A DNA stretch of 64,000 nucleotides. Origin: Clostridium sp. CAG:524. GTDB taxonomy: Bacteria; Bacillota_I; Bacilli_A; RF39; UBA660. The notes beneath the pieces were generated by a model, which was given only the letters and a program-made list of their open reading frames with translations, was not told where the DNA came from and did not search any database. Location of the stretch: NCBI GenBank assembly GCA_000434555.1, contig FR880110.1:26443-90442 (forward strand), read 5' to 3'. The position numbers and the translations under genes are program-made. Position 1 is the first letter of the stretch, and every line of letters begins with the position of its first letter. This document shows positions 53,502 to 63,062 of the stretch, one piece after another.

Positions 53502-55031
53502 ATGAAGAAAGGGAAGGACAATACTAAAAAAGTAATAGACGTAAAAGATAACTTCATGGAAGAAGAAGACAACGACAAAAGAGTTATCATTTTTGTAGCT
53601 ATTGCTATATTAGTAATTGTTGGTACAATAATTGGTCTTCTAGTTGGCTGTGAAAAGAAAGAGGAAGATGATCCTGTTAAACCAAATAACAACAAGACAA
53701 CAACACCAGTTAAAAGAGAAGACGACAAGAAAGACAAAGATGTTGAACCAACAACAAAGAAAGTAGTTGTTAAAAAATTATCAACTAAGACTGAAAATAC
53801 AACTAAGACTCACACAAAGAAACTTACTGTTACATTCTTCATGATTGATGAAAAATATTCATACATGACTGAAATAGAAAACAATAGTAAAGTTAAAGCA
53901 CATGAGGTATCAGGTTATGAAAATTGTAAATACTATACTGATGAAACAAGTAACACTGAATTTGATTTTACAAAGAATATAACTAAAGATACTAATATCT
54001 ATATGACTTGTTCATTAACAACATATACTATTAAATATGATAGAACTAGCAATAATGTAACTAGTTATAATATTAAAGATGGTAATGTTGAATTATTTGA
54101 TGGTTATGATGCTGATATGATATTTGATGGATGGTATACTGATACTGCTTATACAAATAAAGTTACATCATTAAGTCCAAGTATAATTAAATATGCTGAT
54201 AGTGAAAACGTTATCAATTTATATGCTAAATTTGTAGAATATTATACAGTTAGTTATTATGATGAAGATAATACATTAATTAGATCAGAAGATTTAGCTA
54301 AAGCTAATTTAAGTAACTATACGCTTAATGCTGATTATAGTTGTCCTAATGGAGCTAAATTACTAGGATTTACAAGTTCACTTGGAAGTTCAGTAATTAA
54401 ATATGCAAAGAATGAGGTTATTGAAGTAACAGGAAACACTAATATATATACTAAGTGTGGTAAAGCAACAGTTATATATGTAAGTGAAGATACTACGGTA
54501 ACAGTTGGTTATAATGAAGAAGAAATAGAAAAATATGAGGTTCCAAAACCAAATGATGTAGGACTTGAAACACCAACTTACTTCGTAAAAGTTGATGAGA
54601 AAACTGAAACAAGTATGGAAGTAATTCCAGATGAAGCTTTAGAAGCGATTGAAAATCAAATCAAGTTAAGTGAGGCTAAAAAGAAAGCTGGAAGTAATAC
54701 TGAAATATCAGTTGGAGATAATGTTGAAGAAAAAGAAAAAGTTTTTGATGGATGGGTTACTAAAGAAGAAAATCCAGAAGAACCTGAAAATCCAATAGTT
54801 ACTCCAGTAGATGAAAATTATAAACCTACAGAAGATGTTGAAAATAAACTTGAAGCTGTATGGAAAGAACAAGAAGAAGATAAGACTGAAGTTCTAACAG
54901 GTGAAACAGAAGTAGAAGGCGAAACTATTAATGAAGTAGTAGAACCGCCAACTATAGAAGAACCACCAGTACAAGAAACAGAAGTTATAGAAGTACCAAC
55001 TATAGAAGAAGTACCAAATATAACAATGTAA
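53502..55031 (+). CDS. Membrane-anchored surface protein with Listeria-Bacteroides (InlB B-repeat-like) repeats and an acidic Glu/Pro/Val/Thr-rich C-terminus
   Basis: TM helix IIFVAIAILVIVGTIIGLLVG. FDGWYTDTAYTNKV and VFDGWVTKEE are typical of this repeat family. C-terminal PTIEE repeats. Confidence 0.6.
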   Translation: MKKGKDNTKKVIDVKDNFMEEEDNDKRVIIFVAIAILVIVGTIIGLLVGCEKKEEDDPVKPNNNKTTTPVKREDDKKDKDVEPTTKKVVVKKLSTKTENTTKTHTKKLTVTFFMIDEKYSYMTEIENNSKVKAHEVSGYENCKYYTDETSNTEFDFTKNITKDTNIYMTCSLTTYTIKYDRTSNNVTSYNIKDGNVELFDGYDADMIFDGWYTDTAYTNKVTSLSPSIIKYADSENVINLYAKFVEYYTVSYYDEDNTLIRSEDLAKANLSNYTLNADYSCPNGAKLLGFTSSLGSSVIKYAKNEVIEVTGNTNIYTKCGKATVIYVSEDTTVTVGYNEEEIEKYEVPKPNDVGLETPTYFVKVDEKTETSMEVIPDEALEAIENQIKLSEAKKKAGSNTEISVGDNVEEKEKVFDGWVTKEENPEEPENPIVTPVDENYKPTEDVENKLEAVWKEQEEDKTEVLTGETEVEGETINEVVEPPTIEEPPVQETEVIEVPTIEEVPNITM

Positions 55032-55034
55032 CAT

Positions 55035-55061
55035 AAAGCATTCTTAAAGAATGCTTTTTAT
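55035..55061 (+). terminator. Rho-independent terminator
   Basis: 9-bp stem AAAGCATTC/GAATGCTTT plus TTTAT. Confidence 0.7.
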
Positions 55062-55099
55062 ATAGTAAAAAACATGTTATAATTAAAAAGAGGTACATT

Positions 55100-55735
55100 A
55101 TGGAAATTACACTAGATAATAAAACATTCAAAGTATTTATAACTAAAAAAAACAATAAGAATATGTATTTAAGAGTTAAAAAAGATGGAATATATATTAC
55201 ATGTAATTATTTTGTTACTAAGGGATTAATTAAGTCATTTATTGAAAAGAATAAAGATTCAATACTTGAAATGAATGAAAGAATACAAAAGAAAGAACAA
55301 AAGAAAGAAGAATTTTATTATTTAGGAAATAAGTATGACGTTATAATATTAAATACAGTTTCTAAAATAGAATTCATAGATGATAAAGTTTATGTTAAAA
55401 ACAAAACATATTTAAATACATTTCTTAAAAAAGAAGCAGAAAGAATATTTAATGAAAGACTAGAAATATGTTATAATTTATTTGAAGAAGATATTCCATA
55501 TCCAGAATTGTTAATAGGTAAAATGACTCGAAAGTGGGGCTACTGTAATAAAAGTAAAAAACTTATTAAATTAAATTTTGAATTAATAAAATATAGTATT
55601 AATGAAATAGATTATGTAATTATACATGAACTATCTCATTTGATAGAATTTAATCATTCAAAGAATTTTTGGAATATTGTTAAGAAATATAAACCTGATT
55701 ATAAAGAGAGTACTAAAGTATTAAAGGAGGAATAA
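55100..55735 (+). CDS. YgjP-like M48-family metallopeptidase (DUF45)
   Basis: WGYCNKSKKLIKLNFELIKYSINEIDYVIIHELSHLIEFNHSKNFW (HExxH). Confidence 0.82.
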   Translation: MEITLDNKTFKVFITKKNNKNMYLRVKKDGIYITCNYFVTKGLIKSFIEKNKDSILEMNERIQKKEQKKEEFYYLGNKYDVIILNTVSKIEFIDDKVYVKNKTYLNTFLKKEAERIFNERLEICYNLFEEDIPYPELLIGKMTRKWGYCNKSKKLIKLNFELIKYSINEIDYVIIHELSHLIEFNHSKNFWNIVKKYKPDYKESTKVLKEE

Positions 55736-55736
55736 C

Positions 55737-56462
55737 ATGCTTATAACATCTAAAGATAATAATAGAATTAAAGAAGTAAGAAAACTTTTAAATAAGAAAT
55801 ATTCTATAGAAAAAGGATTATTTGTTATTGAAGGAGAAAACTTAGTAGAAGAAGCTATTAAAAATAATTTACTTGTAGAATTATTTGTTCTTGAAAGCTA
55901 TGAATGTAATTATGATGTTCCTTATGATATAGTTACTCTTGATATTATGAAAAGTATGAGTGATTTAAAGAGTACTCCAAGATTACTAGGTGTTGCGAAA
56001 ATTAAAAATGATAATAAAATAGGTTCTAAAATACTTATATTAGATGGAGTGCAAGATCCTGGTAATGCTGGTACTATTATAAGAAATGCAGTAGCATTTG
56101 ATATAGACACTATTATATTTAGTAATGATTCAGTAAGTCCATATAATGAAAAAGTATTAAGAAGTACTGGTGGTATGATATTTAATACTAATATAATAAT
56201 AGGTAATATTGAAGAATTGATAAGTGAGATAAAGAATAGAAATATTAAAGTAATAGGTACATCATTAAAATCTTCTATTTCACTTGAAAAACTTGAAAAA
56301 ACTCGCGAATTTGCTATAATATTTGGAAATGAAGGGAATGGAGTAAAAGATAATATATTAAGTTTATGTGATGAAATAGTTAGAATAGATATGAATCCTA
56401 AATGTGAAAGTTTAAATGTGGGAGTATCTACTGCTATAATATTATATTATTTATATAAGTGA
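55737..56462 (+). CDS. TrmH/SpoU-family RNA 2'-O-methyltransferase
   Basis: DGVQDPGNAGTIIRNA, IFGNEGNG, ESLNVGVSTAI. Confidence 0.8.
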   Translation: MLITSKDNNRIKEVRKLLNKKYSIEKGLFVIEGENLVEEAIKNNLLVELFVLESYECNYDVPYDIVTLDIMKSMSDLKSTPRLLGVAKIKNDNKIGSKILILDGVQDPGNAGTIIRNAVAFDIDTIIFSNDSVSPYNEKVLRSTGGMIFNTNIIIGNIEELISEIKNRNIKVIGTSLKSSISLEKLEKTREFAIIFGNEGNGVKDNILSLCDEIVRIDMNPKCESLNVGVSTAIILYYLYK

Positions 56463-56472
56463 AGAGGTTGTT

Positions 56473-56952
56473 ATGAAATACATATTTATTGGAAGGATAG
56501 TTAATACACATGCCCTTAAGGGCGAAGTAAGAATAGTAAGTGATTTTGAATTTAAAGATAGAATTTTTAAAGAAAACACTCTTCTTTATATTGGAGAAAA
56601 TAAAGATAAAGAAATAATTGAAACATATAGAAAACATAAACAATTTGATATGGTTAAATTTAAGGGAATAGACTATATAAATGATGTATTAAAATATAAA
56701 GGTAGTAAGGTATATATTGATGAATCTATTCTTAATCTTAAAGATGATGAAATACTTATAAGTGAACTAATAAATATGGATGTGTACAATGATAATAAAT
56801 ATGTTGGTAGAATAACTGAATATAGAAGTGATAATGGTAATAATATGTTAAGAGTTAATAATAAGTTAATACCATATAATAAAGATTTTATTACAAAAAT
56901 AGATAAAGAAAATAAAAGTATTTATTTTCATGATATAGGAGTGTTTTTATGA
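56473..56952 (+). CDS. rimM: 16S rRNA processing protein RimM
   Basis: IGRIVNTHALKGEVRI. Precedes trmD. Confidence 0.85.
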   Translation: MKYIFIGRIVNTHALKGEVRIVSDFEFKDRIFKENTLLYIGENKDKEIIETYRKHKQFDMVKFKGIDYINDVLKYKGSKVYIDESILNLKDDEILISELINMDVYNDNKYVGRITEYRSDNGNNMLRVNNKLIPYNKDFITKIDKENKSIYFHDIGVFL

Positions 56953-57608
56953 GAATAGATATATTAACATTATTTCCTAGTATGTTTGATGGCTTCAAGA
57001 CAGAAAGTATTATGAAAAGAGCTATTGAAAAAGGAAAAGTAAAAATAAATATTATTGATATAAGAGATTATACACCATATAAAAATAATCAAGTTGATGA
57101 TTATCAATTTGGTGGTGGTGGGGGTATGATAATGATGTGTGAACCTGTATTTAATGCAGTGGAAAGTATTAGAACAGAAGATTCAATTGTTATCTTACTT
57201 ACTCCAAGAGGTGAAACTTATAATGAAAAGAAAGCATATGAATTTAAAGATAAAAAACATCTTATAATAATATGTGGTCATTATGAAGGATTTGATGAAA
57301 GAATATATACTCTTGCTGATGAACTTGTTTCAATTGGTAACTTTATACTTACAGGTGGGGAATTACCAGCAATGATGATAACAGACTCAGTAGTAAGACT
57401 AATTGATGGAGTAATAACAAGTACAAGTCTTGAATATGAAAGTTTCAATGATAATTTACTTGATTATCCAGTTTATACTAAACCAAGAGAATTTAGAGGA
57501 ATGGAAGTACCAGAAGTATTACTAAATGGTAACCATAAACTAATAAATGAATATAGAGAAAGTGAAAGAAAAAGAATAACAAAAGAATATAGAAAAGATT
57601 TATTATAG
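56949..57608 (+). CDS. trmD: tRNA (guanine37-N1)-methyltransferase TrmD
   Basis: MRIDILTLFPSMFDGF, IICGHYEGFDERI, GGELPAMMITDSVVRL. Confidence 0.92.
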   Translation: MRIDILTLFPSMFDGFKTESIMKRAIEKGKVKINIIDIRDYTPYKNNQVDDYQFGGGGGMIMMCEPVFNAVESIRTEDSIVILLTPRGETYNEKKAYEFKDKKHLIIICGHYEGFDERIYTLADELVSIGNFILTGGELPAMMITDSVVRLIDGVITSTSLEYESFNDNLLDYPVYTKPREFRGMEVPEVLLNGNHKLINEYRESERKRITKEYRKDLL

Positions 57609-57617
57609 GTGATATGT

Positions 57618-58076
57618 ATGAGATATGTAATAGAACATAAAGGAGAAGAAAAGAAATTAACTTATCATAACGTTAAGATAGTTGGACTATCTGTTACTCC
57701 TAAAAACAACGTAAAAGATTTAACTATCAAAGCTGATAAAATTATTTTAATAGACCCTAATTTATGTGAAACATACATACGTAGAAGAATAAATAAAAAA
57801 ATAGATAAAGTAATAAAATTTATGATAAAAATACTAAATGATGAAGATACAACTGATGGAGATGCAGGACTTGTATTAGATGAAGTAAATAAATTAAAAG
57901 GAATAATTATTAATAAATATAAAGAATATATGTTAGAAAGTGAATATAAAACATTACTTACCAAACTTATATTAATTGAAGAAGAATTCAAAAGAAATTA
58001 TAATAATAAATTATATAATACATATGGTAATAACATATATTATGAAGAAGAATTTAGTGAAGGAAGAAGTAGATAA
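57618..58076 (+). CDS. Hypothetical protein (152 aa)
   Basis: ATG lies 5 nt after AGGTGA. Sits where rplS usually follows trmD. No motif recognised. Confidence 0.5.
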   Translation: MRYVIEHKGEEKKLTYHNVKIVGLSVTPKNNVKDLTIKADKIILIDPNLCETYIRRRINKKIDKVIKFMIKILNDEDTTDGDAGLVLDEVNKLKGIIINKYKEYMLESEYKTLLTKLILIEEEFKRNYNNKLYNTYGNNIYYEEEFSEGRSR

Positions 58077-59365
58077 TGAAAGAAGATTTTAAATTAATGA
58101 ATTTAAAAGGTACTAGTGATTTTTTACCTGAAGAACAAATTATTAGAAATAGAATTACTGATACCTTAAAGAAAAAGTTTGAACTATATGGATTTTTACC
58201 ACTTGAAACACCAATATTATGCTACTATGATTTACTTGCGAGTAAATATGCAGGTGGTGCTGAAATATTAAAGGAAGTTTATAAGTTTAAAGATCAAGGT
58301 ATGAGAGATATAGGTCTTCGTTATGATTTAACAGTACCATTTTCTAAAGTAATTGGTATGAATAAAGGACTTATATTACCATTTAAGAGATATGAAATAG
58401 GTAAAGTATTTAGAGATGGACCTGTAAAATTAGGTAGAGCTCGTGAATTTTATCAATGTGATGTTGATGCTTGTGGAGTTGAATCTCCTTATGCTGAAAT
58501 AGAATATTTCATGATGAGTAAAGAAGTATTTAAAGAATTTAATCTTGATGTTGAAATAAGATATAACAATAGAAAATTCTTGAGTGGATTACTTGAATAT
58601 GTAAGTGTTCCTAAAGAAAATATTGGAGCATTCATAACATTAATTGATAAATTAGATAAGTTAACTAGAGATGATATTGAAAGTGAACTTGAAGAATTAT
58701 CATCTAAAGAAGTAGTAGATAAAGTATTTAAATATTTTGAATATGATTTAGAAATGTTAACAAGTGAACTAGAAAATACAAATGTAGAATTATTAATAGA
58801 AGGAATAAATGAACTTAATAGTTTAGATAAACTTATTAAAGATTTGAATTTAGATTTATGTAAGTTTACACCTTTTTTAGCAAGAGGTCTTGAAATATAT
58901 ACTGGAACAGTATGGGAAATATTTGATAAAACTGGTGAATTTAAATCAGCTTTAGGTGGTGGTGGAAGATATGATAAAATAATCACCAACTTTTTACACA
59001 ATGGTGAAGAGTATCCAGCAATAGGTATGTCATTTGGATTAGAACCAATGTATACACTACTTAAAGAAAGAGAATCAAAAGAATTAAAGAAGTATGACGT
59101 GTATGTTTATTCATTTAATAATGATAAATACTTATTTGAAATATCTAATATGTTAAGACAAAACAATATAAAAGTATTAACAGAACTTAATAATATAAAA
59201 TTAAAGAAAGCAATGAATAATGCTAATCGTGAAAAAATAGATAAAGTTATCATAATAGGTGAAGATGAACTTAAGAATAATTCAGTTACATTAAAAGATA
59301 TGGTAACAGGTAATCAAGAACTAGTGAAAATAGAAGATATAGTTTCAAAAATAAAAGAGATGTAA
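58076..59365 (+). CDS. hisS: Histidine--tRNA ligase (archaeal/eukaryote-like sequence type)
   Basis: GTSDFLPEE, LRYDLTVPFSKV, FRDGPVKLGRAREFYQCDVD, GGGRYD, and a C-terminal anticodon-binding domain. Confidence 0.85.
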   Translation: MKEDFKLMNLKGTSDFLPEEQIIRNRITDTLKKKFELYGFLPLETPILCYYDLLASKYAGGAEILKEVYKFKDQGMRDIGLRYDLTVPFSKVIGMNKGLILPFKRYEIGKVFRDGPVKLGRAREFYQCDVDACGVESPYAEIEYFMMSKEVFKEFNLDVEIRYNNRKFLSGLLEYVSVPKENIGAFITLIDKLDKLTRDDIESELEELSSKEVVDKVFKYFEYDLEMLTSELENTNVELLIEGINELNSLDKLIKDLNLDLCKFTPFLARGLEIYTGTVWEIFDKTGEFKSALGGGGRYDKIITNFLHNGEEYPAIGMSFGLEPMYTLLKERESKELKKYDVYVYSFNNDKYLFEISNMLRQNNIKVLTELNNIKLKKAMNNANREKIDKVIIIGEDELKNNSVTLKDMVTGNQELVKIEDIVSKIKEM

Positions 59366-59394
59366 AGAATATACTTCTTTACATCTTTTATTTG
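59361..59394 (+). terminator. Rho-independent terminator after hisS
   Basis: 9-bp stem TGTAAAGAA/TTCTTTACA, then TCTTTTATTT. Confidence 0.7.
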
Positions 59395-59445
59395 ATTAAA
59401 TATTTTAATGTGATAAAATATATATTGAAAGATAGGTTGATTGTT

Positions 59446-59853
59446 ATGAAAAAAGATGGATTTACATTAGTAGAAATTTTAGCTGTTATAGCTATTTTAG
59501 CTATTCTTGTAACTTTAGTCGTTCCAAGAGTAATTGATTATTTTTTTAAGTCTAAGAAGGAAGCGTTTATAATTGAAGTTGGAAAACTTTATAGTGAAAC
59601 TAAGAAAGAAATGGATACTGCTGCTATTAGAAATCAAAAATTTACTGGTGCTAATTCAGTAAAAGGGCCAAAGTTAGATTTACTTGCAGTTAGTTTAGAT
59701 TATTGTATTGAAGTAAAAGATGGAGTAATAACATCTGTTAAAGCATATAATGATGAATTTTATATTGAAACTACTGCTTCATATGATAAATTTAATGATG
59801 AGGTTACTATTGATGATATAAAAGAACATAGTAAAACTTATACTTGTGATTGA
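59446..59853 (+). CDS. Prepilin-type N-terminal cleavage/methylation domain protein (type IV pilin/pseudopilin-like), solitary
   Basis: MKKDGFTLVEILAVIAILAILVTLVVP is the class III signal (G/FTLxE). 135 aa. The ORF opens at 59392. Confidence 0.75.
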   Translation: MKKDGFTLVEILAVIAILAILVTLVVPRVIDYFFKSKKEAFIIEVGKLYSETKKEMDTAAIRNQKFTGANSVKGPKLDLLAVSLDYCIEVKDGVITSVKAYNDEFYIETTASYDKFNDEVTIDDIKEHSKTYTCD

Positions 59854-59864
59854 TATATATTTAT

Positions 59865-59896
59865 GATAACTATTTAAGGTAGTTATCTTTTATTTT
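59865..59896 (+). terminator. Rho-independent terminator after the pilin-like gene
   Basis: 8-bp stem GATAACTA/TAGTTATC, then TTTTATTTT. Confidence 0.7.
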
Positions 59897-59960
59897 AAAA
59901 TGAATTTCCATAGAATAGGTGGATAATATGAAAAAAACACCACTTTTTTGGAAAATAAGC

Positions 59961-59987
59961 AACAAAAAATCCCTAAATAAGGGATTT
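59961..59987 (-). terminator. Rho-independent terminator for the minus-strand tRNA pair
   Basis: Stem AAATCCC/GGGATTT. On the minus strand it is followed by a T-run (plus-strand AACAAAAAA). Confidence 0.65.
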
Positions 59988-59999
59988 CGTATCAAAATA

Positions 60000-60075
60000 T
60001 GGTGACCCGTACGGGATTTGAACCCATAAATGCACGCGTGAAAGGCGTGTGTGTTAACCGTTTCACCAACGGGCC
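60000..60075 (-). tRNA. tRNA-Glu (anticodon TTC)
   Basis: The reverse complement gives GGCCCGT...CACGC-CTTTCAC-GCGTG...TTCAAAT...ACGGGTC-A-CCA. Confidence 0.9.
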
Positions 60076-60087
60076 ATTTATATAAAA

Positions 60088-60164
60088 TGGTGGGCCTGGA
60101 TGGACTTGAACCATCGACCTTTCGCTTATCAGACGAACGCTCTAACCGCCTGAGCTACAAGCCC
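60088..60164 (-). tRNA. tRNA-Ile (anticodon GAT)
   Basis: The reverse complement gives GGGCTTGTAGCTCAGG...anticodon loop CTGATAA...GGTTCAAGTCC...CCA. Confidence 0.9.
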
Positions 60165-60336
60165 ATCTGCTTAAATTTAACTTGAAATTAAGTCACAATT
60201 AAAGCTGACTACTTAATATTATACTATTTTTTAGAAAAAAGCAACCATTTTTTTGAAAAAAATGATATTTTTTATAAATTATTGCAAAAAAATACGTATT
60301 ATTGTATGATATATATAGAAAATAGGAGGAAAAATT

Positions 60337-61059
60337 ATGTCACCATCAACAATAAATACACTTGTAACAGTAGTTTTTATAGTGCTTGGTATAACATTTA
60401 CAAGATCAATTCTTATAATGTTGGGTGGAAAAAATATCTTTAAGAAAGCACATAAAGGAGAAAAAACTGCATATTATCCAATTATAAATTTATTTACTAT
60501 GTTAGAAATAGTAGATATGTCTATTTTTTGGGGAATATTGTTCTTTGTTCCTGGAGTTAATTTAATTGTACTTATGATTATGTCTTATAAGCTTGGTACT
60601 GTATTTAATACATCATTTGGATTTAAGATGGGACTTGTATTTTTACCTATATGTTTCTATCCACTATTATTTATAAGCGATAAACAATATAAAATAAGTG
60701 ACGAAGAATATTTTAAGGCACTTGATAATGCTAAAGATGAAAGTATAAATCTAATGACACAAGATGAAATTAATGCTGAAAATAATGAAATAGTAGATGA
60801 AGGTCCAATAGTAGATTCAGTTTTTAAAAGTGATTTACAACTTATGGAAAAGCCTGCCCCATATAAAGCAGCTAAAATAGATTTGCTTGGTATGGAAAAA
60901 GAAAAAGCTATGTCTAAAGAAGAAAATATATTTGAACCAATTGAAGTAAAAGAACCACCAAAGCCTATAAAAGAAGATAGTGAAGTACCAGTGGAAAGTA
61001 CAAGTAAGTTTACAACTGAACTTGATAAGAAGAAAGATATGGAATATGTTGACTTATAA
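60337..61059 (+). CDS. DUF5684-like membrane protein with an acidic C-terminal tail
   Basis: KKAHKGEKTAYYPIINLFTMLEIVDMSIFWGILFFVPGVNLIVLMIM...FGFKMGLVFLPICFYPLLF fits the DUF5684 pattern. RBS AGGAGG. Confidence 0.55.
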   Translation: MSPSTINTLVTVVFIVLGITFTRSILIMLGGKNIFKKAHKGEKTAYYPIINLFTMLEIVDMSIFWGILFFVPGVNLIVLMIMSYKLGTVFNTSFGFKMGLVFLPICFYPLLFISDKQYKISDEEYFKALDNAKDESINLMTQDEINAENNEIVDEGPIVDSVFKSDLQLMEKPAPYKAAKIDLLGMEKEKAMSKEENIFEPIEVKEPPKPIKEDSEVPVESTSKFTTELDKKKDMEYVDL

Positions 61060-61083
61060 AAATATGTAAATATATTAACAATG

Positions 61084-61116
61084 AAAGTGTAAACCTTTTC
61101 TTTACACTTTTTTTAA
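61084..61116 (+). terminator. Rho-independent terminator
   Basis: 10-bp stem AAAGTGTAAA/TTTACACTTT plus a T-run. An extended -10 (TGTATAAT) follows at 61122-61129. Confidence 0.75.
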
Positions 61117-61151
61117 TTTTTTGTATAATGAGTTATGGAGATTAGGTGATT

Positions 61152-63062
61152 ATGGCAGAATATAATGAAAAATCAATAAAAATATTAGAAGGTCTTGAAG
61201 CAGTTCGTAAAAGACCTGGTATGTATATAGGTAGTACTGATAAAAGAGGACTACATCATTTAGTATGGGAAATCGTTGACAATGCGATAGATGAAGCCAT
61301 AAACGGATATGGTAAAAAAATAACAGTTACTCTTACTAAAGTGGGAAGTGTAAGAGTGAGTGATGAAGGACGTGGAGTTCCAATTGGAAAACATTCTTCA
61401 GGAAAGTCAACACCAGAAGTAATTTATACAGTATTACATGCTGGTGGAAAGTTTGAAACAGATGGATATAAGGTATCAGGAGGACTACATGGTGTTGGTT
61501 CTTCTGTTGTTAATGCATTATCTAAATGGATGAAAGTTACCATTTGTAGAGAAGGAAAGATATGTGAAATATCATTTAAGAATGGTGGACACGTAGATAA
61601 AGAACTAAAACAAATAGGTACAACTAAACAAACAGGTACAACTGTAGAATTTTTCCCAGATGAAGAAATATTTGGTAATGCAAGATTTAGTTACACTACA
61701 ATATGTGAAAGAATGCAAGAAAGTGCTTTTCTTATAAATGGTCTTACTATGGAAGTTATAGATGAAGAAGATGATAAACATAATACATATTGTTATGATA
61801 ATGGACTTGTATCTTTTGTAGAATATGTTAATGAAGGAAAAGATGTACTTCAAAAAGTAATTAACTTTAGTGGAGAAAAGAATGGTATAGAAGTTGATAT
61901 CGCAATGCAATATACTGATTCATATAATGAAAACATTATGTCATTTGTTAACAATGTTAAAACTGTTGATGGTGGTAGTCATGAAGTTGGATTTAAGACA
62001 GCACTTACTAAAGTATTTAATGAATATATTAGAGCAAACAATCTACTTAAGAGTAAAGAAGGACTTGATGGTAGTGATACAAGAGAAGGCTTAACAGCAA
62101 TAATTAGTTTAAAAATACCTGAAAATTTACTTCAATTTGAAGGACAAACTAAAGGTAAACTTGGTACGCCACAAGCAAGAACAGTAGTGGAAAGTGTAGT
62201 ATATGAAAAATTATCTTACTATTTAGAAGAAAATAAAGAATCAGCTACATCTATAATGGATAAAGCATTAAAGAGTAAACTTGCTCGTGAAGCAGCTAGA
62301 AAAGCAAGAGCAGAAGCAAGAGCTGGAAAGGGTAAAGGTAAAAGTGAAAAAGTATTACTTGGTAAACTAACACCTGCACAAAGTAAAGAATATCATAAAA
62401 ATGAACTATTCATAGTTGAAGGAAACAGTGCCGGTGGTACTGCTAAGAGTGGTAGAGATAAGCGTCATCAAGCAATATTACCATTAAGAGGTAAAATAAT
62501 TAACTGTGAAAAATCAACAGTTGCAGACCTATTTAAAAATGAAGAAATAAATACAATAGTACATGCAATAGGTGCTGGAGTAGGAGCTGATTTTGATTAT
62601 ACTGAATCAAACTATGGTAAAGTTATAATAATGACCGATGCCGATGATGATGGAGCACATATTCAAACATTACTTCTTACATTTTTCTATAGATGGATGA
62701 GAGATTTAATTGAACATGGTATGCTTTATATAGCAGTTCCACCATTATATCTAGTTAAATATAATAAAGATAAAAAATATATAAATACAAATGAAGAACT
62801 AAATGAATTTAAAAATACATTTAAAGGTAAATATACAGTTCAACGTTATAAGGGACTTGGTGAAATGAATGCAGATCAATTATGGGAAACAACAATGGAT
62901 CCATCAAGTAGAACTCTTGTAAAAGTAAGAATAGATGATAAAGCACTTGCTGAAAAAAGAGTTGGAGTTCTAATGGGAGATGATTCTGAAGTTCGTAAAG
63001 AATGGATTGAAGAAAACGTAGAATTTACACTTGAAGATGATTATACGAAAGGAGCAAAATAA
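61152..63062 (+). CDS. parE: DNA topoisomerase IV subunit B
   Basis: [51 protein letters not shown]. Called ParE rather than GyrB because the downstream partner is ParC-like. Confidence 0.8.
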   Translation: MAEYNEKSIKILEGLEAVRKRPGMYIGSTDKRGLHHLVWEIVDNAIDEAINGYGKKITVTLTKVGSVRVSDEGRGVPIGKHSSGKSTPEVIYTVLHAGGKFETDGYKVSGGLHGVGSSVVNALSKWMKVTICREGKICEISFKNGGHVDKELKQIGTTKQTGTTVEFFPDEEIFGNARFSYTTICERMQESAFLINGLTMEVIDEEDDKHNTYCYDNGLVSFVEYVNEGKDVLQKVINFSGEKNGIEVDIAMQYTDSYNENIMSFVNNVKTVDGGSHEVGFKTALTKVFNEYIRANNLLKSKEGLDGSDTREGLTAIISLKIPENLLQFEGQTKGKLGTPQARTVVESVVYEKLSYYLEENKESATSIMDKALKSKLAREAARKARAEARAGKGKGKSEKVLLGKLTPAQSKEYHKNELFIVEGNSAGGTAKSGRDKRHQAILPLRGKIINCEKSTVADLFKNEEINTIVHAIGAGVGADFDYTESNYGKVIIMTDADDDGAHIQTLLLTFFYRWMRDLIEHGMLYIAVPPLYLVKYNKDKKYINTNEELNEFKNTFKGKYTVQRYKGLGEMNADQLWETTMDPSSRTLVKVRIDDKALAEKRVGVLMGDDSEVRKEWIEENVEFTLEDDYTKGAK

